Shown here: in pieces, positions 63,030 through 64,000 of the stretch
Position numbering within the stretch: position 1 is the stretch's first letter
Layout: each line of letters starts with the position of its first letter
Assembly: GCF_006345805.1 (NCBI RefSeq)
Contig: NC_043019.1
Coordinates: 17,173,360-17,237,359 of the forward strand
DNA length: 64,000 nt
Reading direction: 5' to 3'
DNA from: Octopus sinensis
Lineage: Eukaryota
Translations under genes and position numbers: made by a program
The notes under the pieces: generated by a model
Told to the model about the DNA's origin: nothing
Database searches by the model: none
Seen by the model: only the letters and a program-made list of their open reading frames with translations

Positions 63030-63379
63030 TACAATTATCCAGTATTTAGCAATGTGTTTATTTTCCGGTATTCTGTGAGATAGCTGGCCTTGGAGAAATA
63101 TCTTGCCTGGAAACAGGCGAGGACTGGCACAAGGAAGGGCATTTGGCTACAGAAAATCTGCCTTAATAAGCTTCCATGCAAGCATGGAAAGGCAGTTGTT
63201 GAAAACAATGATGATCATGATCTACACACACAGAGGTTAAATAGAGTGAGACAACAAAGCCAAAGCAGCATGAAATTTCTAGGACATTTATAAAGAGAAG
63301 GGTAGCCTTACAGCTGTTTTGGGTATTTCATCAGAGTCGATGTGAGAGAGTTAAATAGAAGGAAATTGTAGAATTCATT

Positions 63380-63756
63380 ATAAGAAGTTATTTTGGAAAG
63401 GGTGAGATACAGGAAGTACAAAGGGAAATATAAGAATAGAAATAAATATATATGTTGGATGTTAAACTTGGTGTTCCATTATCCAAAGAATGTCTTGTAC
63501 AGAATGGGTAAAAAGGCTTCTTGTCCCTGGTGTGTCGGTTCCAATAGGAGTTCACTATCCATTTGTAATAACAAAATATGAACTCTTATCGGAACCTACA
63601 TACCATGGACAAGAAGCCTTTTTATCCATTCTATACAACACATTCTTTGGATAATGGAACAAGTTTAACATCCAACATATATTTTGATTTTTTACTCTCA
63701 GATTTTCTTTTGTACTTCCTGTATCATATCTCACCCTTTCCAAAATAACTTCTTAT
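63380..63756. mobile_element. Foldback MITE
   Basis: ATAAGAAGTTATTTTGGAAAGGGTGAGATA...TCTCACCCTTTCCAAAATAACTTCTTAT; arms about 175 bp. Confidence 0.88.
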
Positions 63757-64000
63757 TTTGAGTTGTGTCTGGGAGAGTCATTTTCTTTTTGTGCCTTATA
63801 ATGTAACACACTCACCAGTAAAATTTCCACTGATTTCTTATTTTCCTAAAATTTTTGTTGCGTCTTGCAACCGTCTGGCACCTATGCCGGTGGCACATTA
63901 AAAAGCACCCACTACACTCACGGAGTGGTTGGCGTTAGGAAGGGCATCCAGCCGTAGAAACATTGCCAGATCAGACTGGAGCCTGGTGCAGCCTTTTGGC

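Overview
AT-rich, repeat-dense animal genomic DNA. The SINE/LINE families and microsatellites look like octopus (coleoid cephalopod); this is my recognition from recall, not a database result. Two host genes lie in tandem on the minus strand. (1) The 3' half of TUBGCP5 (gamma-tubulin complex component 5): 11 exons from 62808 to the stop at 41105, all GT-AG and phase-consistent. (2) A ZNF512/ZNF512B-like gene: a 1702-nt low-complexity exon (14882-13181) plus a C2H2 exon (12596-12471); its first and later exons are not securely found. A CpG-retaining zone at about 31-35.2 kb between the two genes probably holds the promoter of gene 2. The rest is mostly transposon debris: at least four SINE/non-autonomous retroposon families, RTE and CR1 LINEs, Penelope-like elements, a copia-like LTR remnant, a mariner remnant, piggyBac-, Tigger- and foldback-type MITEs, and two Helitrons. 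The most unusual signal is that several TUBGCP5 exons are bracketed by inverted repeat pairs. One pair is 176 bp, 174/176 identical, and encloses a single exon, so these are candidate circRNA, exon-skipping or ADAR substrates. A TIR-bounded element also straddles the CpG-island edge and shows one-sided CpG decay. Exon coordinates were hand-indexed; TE boundaries are approximate unless termini are quoted. I found no prokaryotic-type system, CRISPR array, rRNA or bona fide tRNA.
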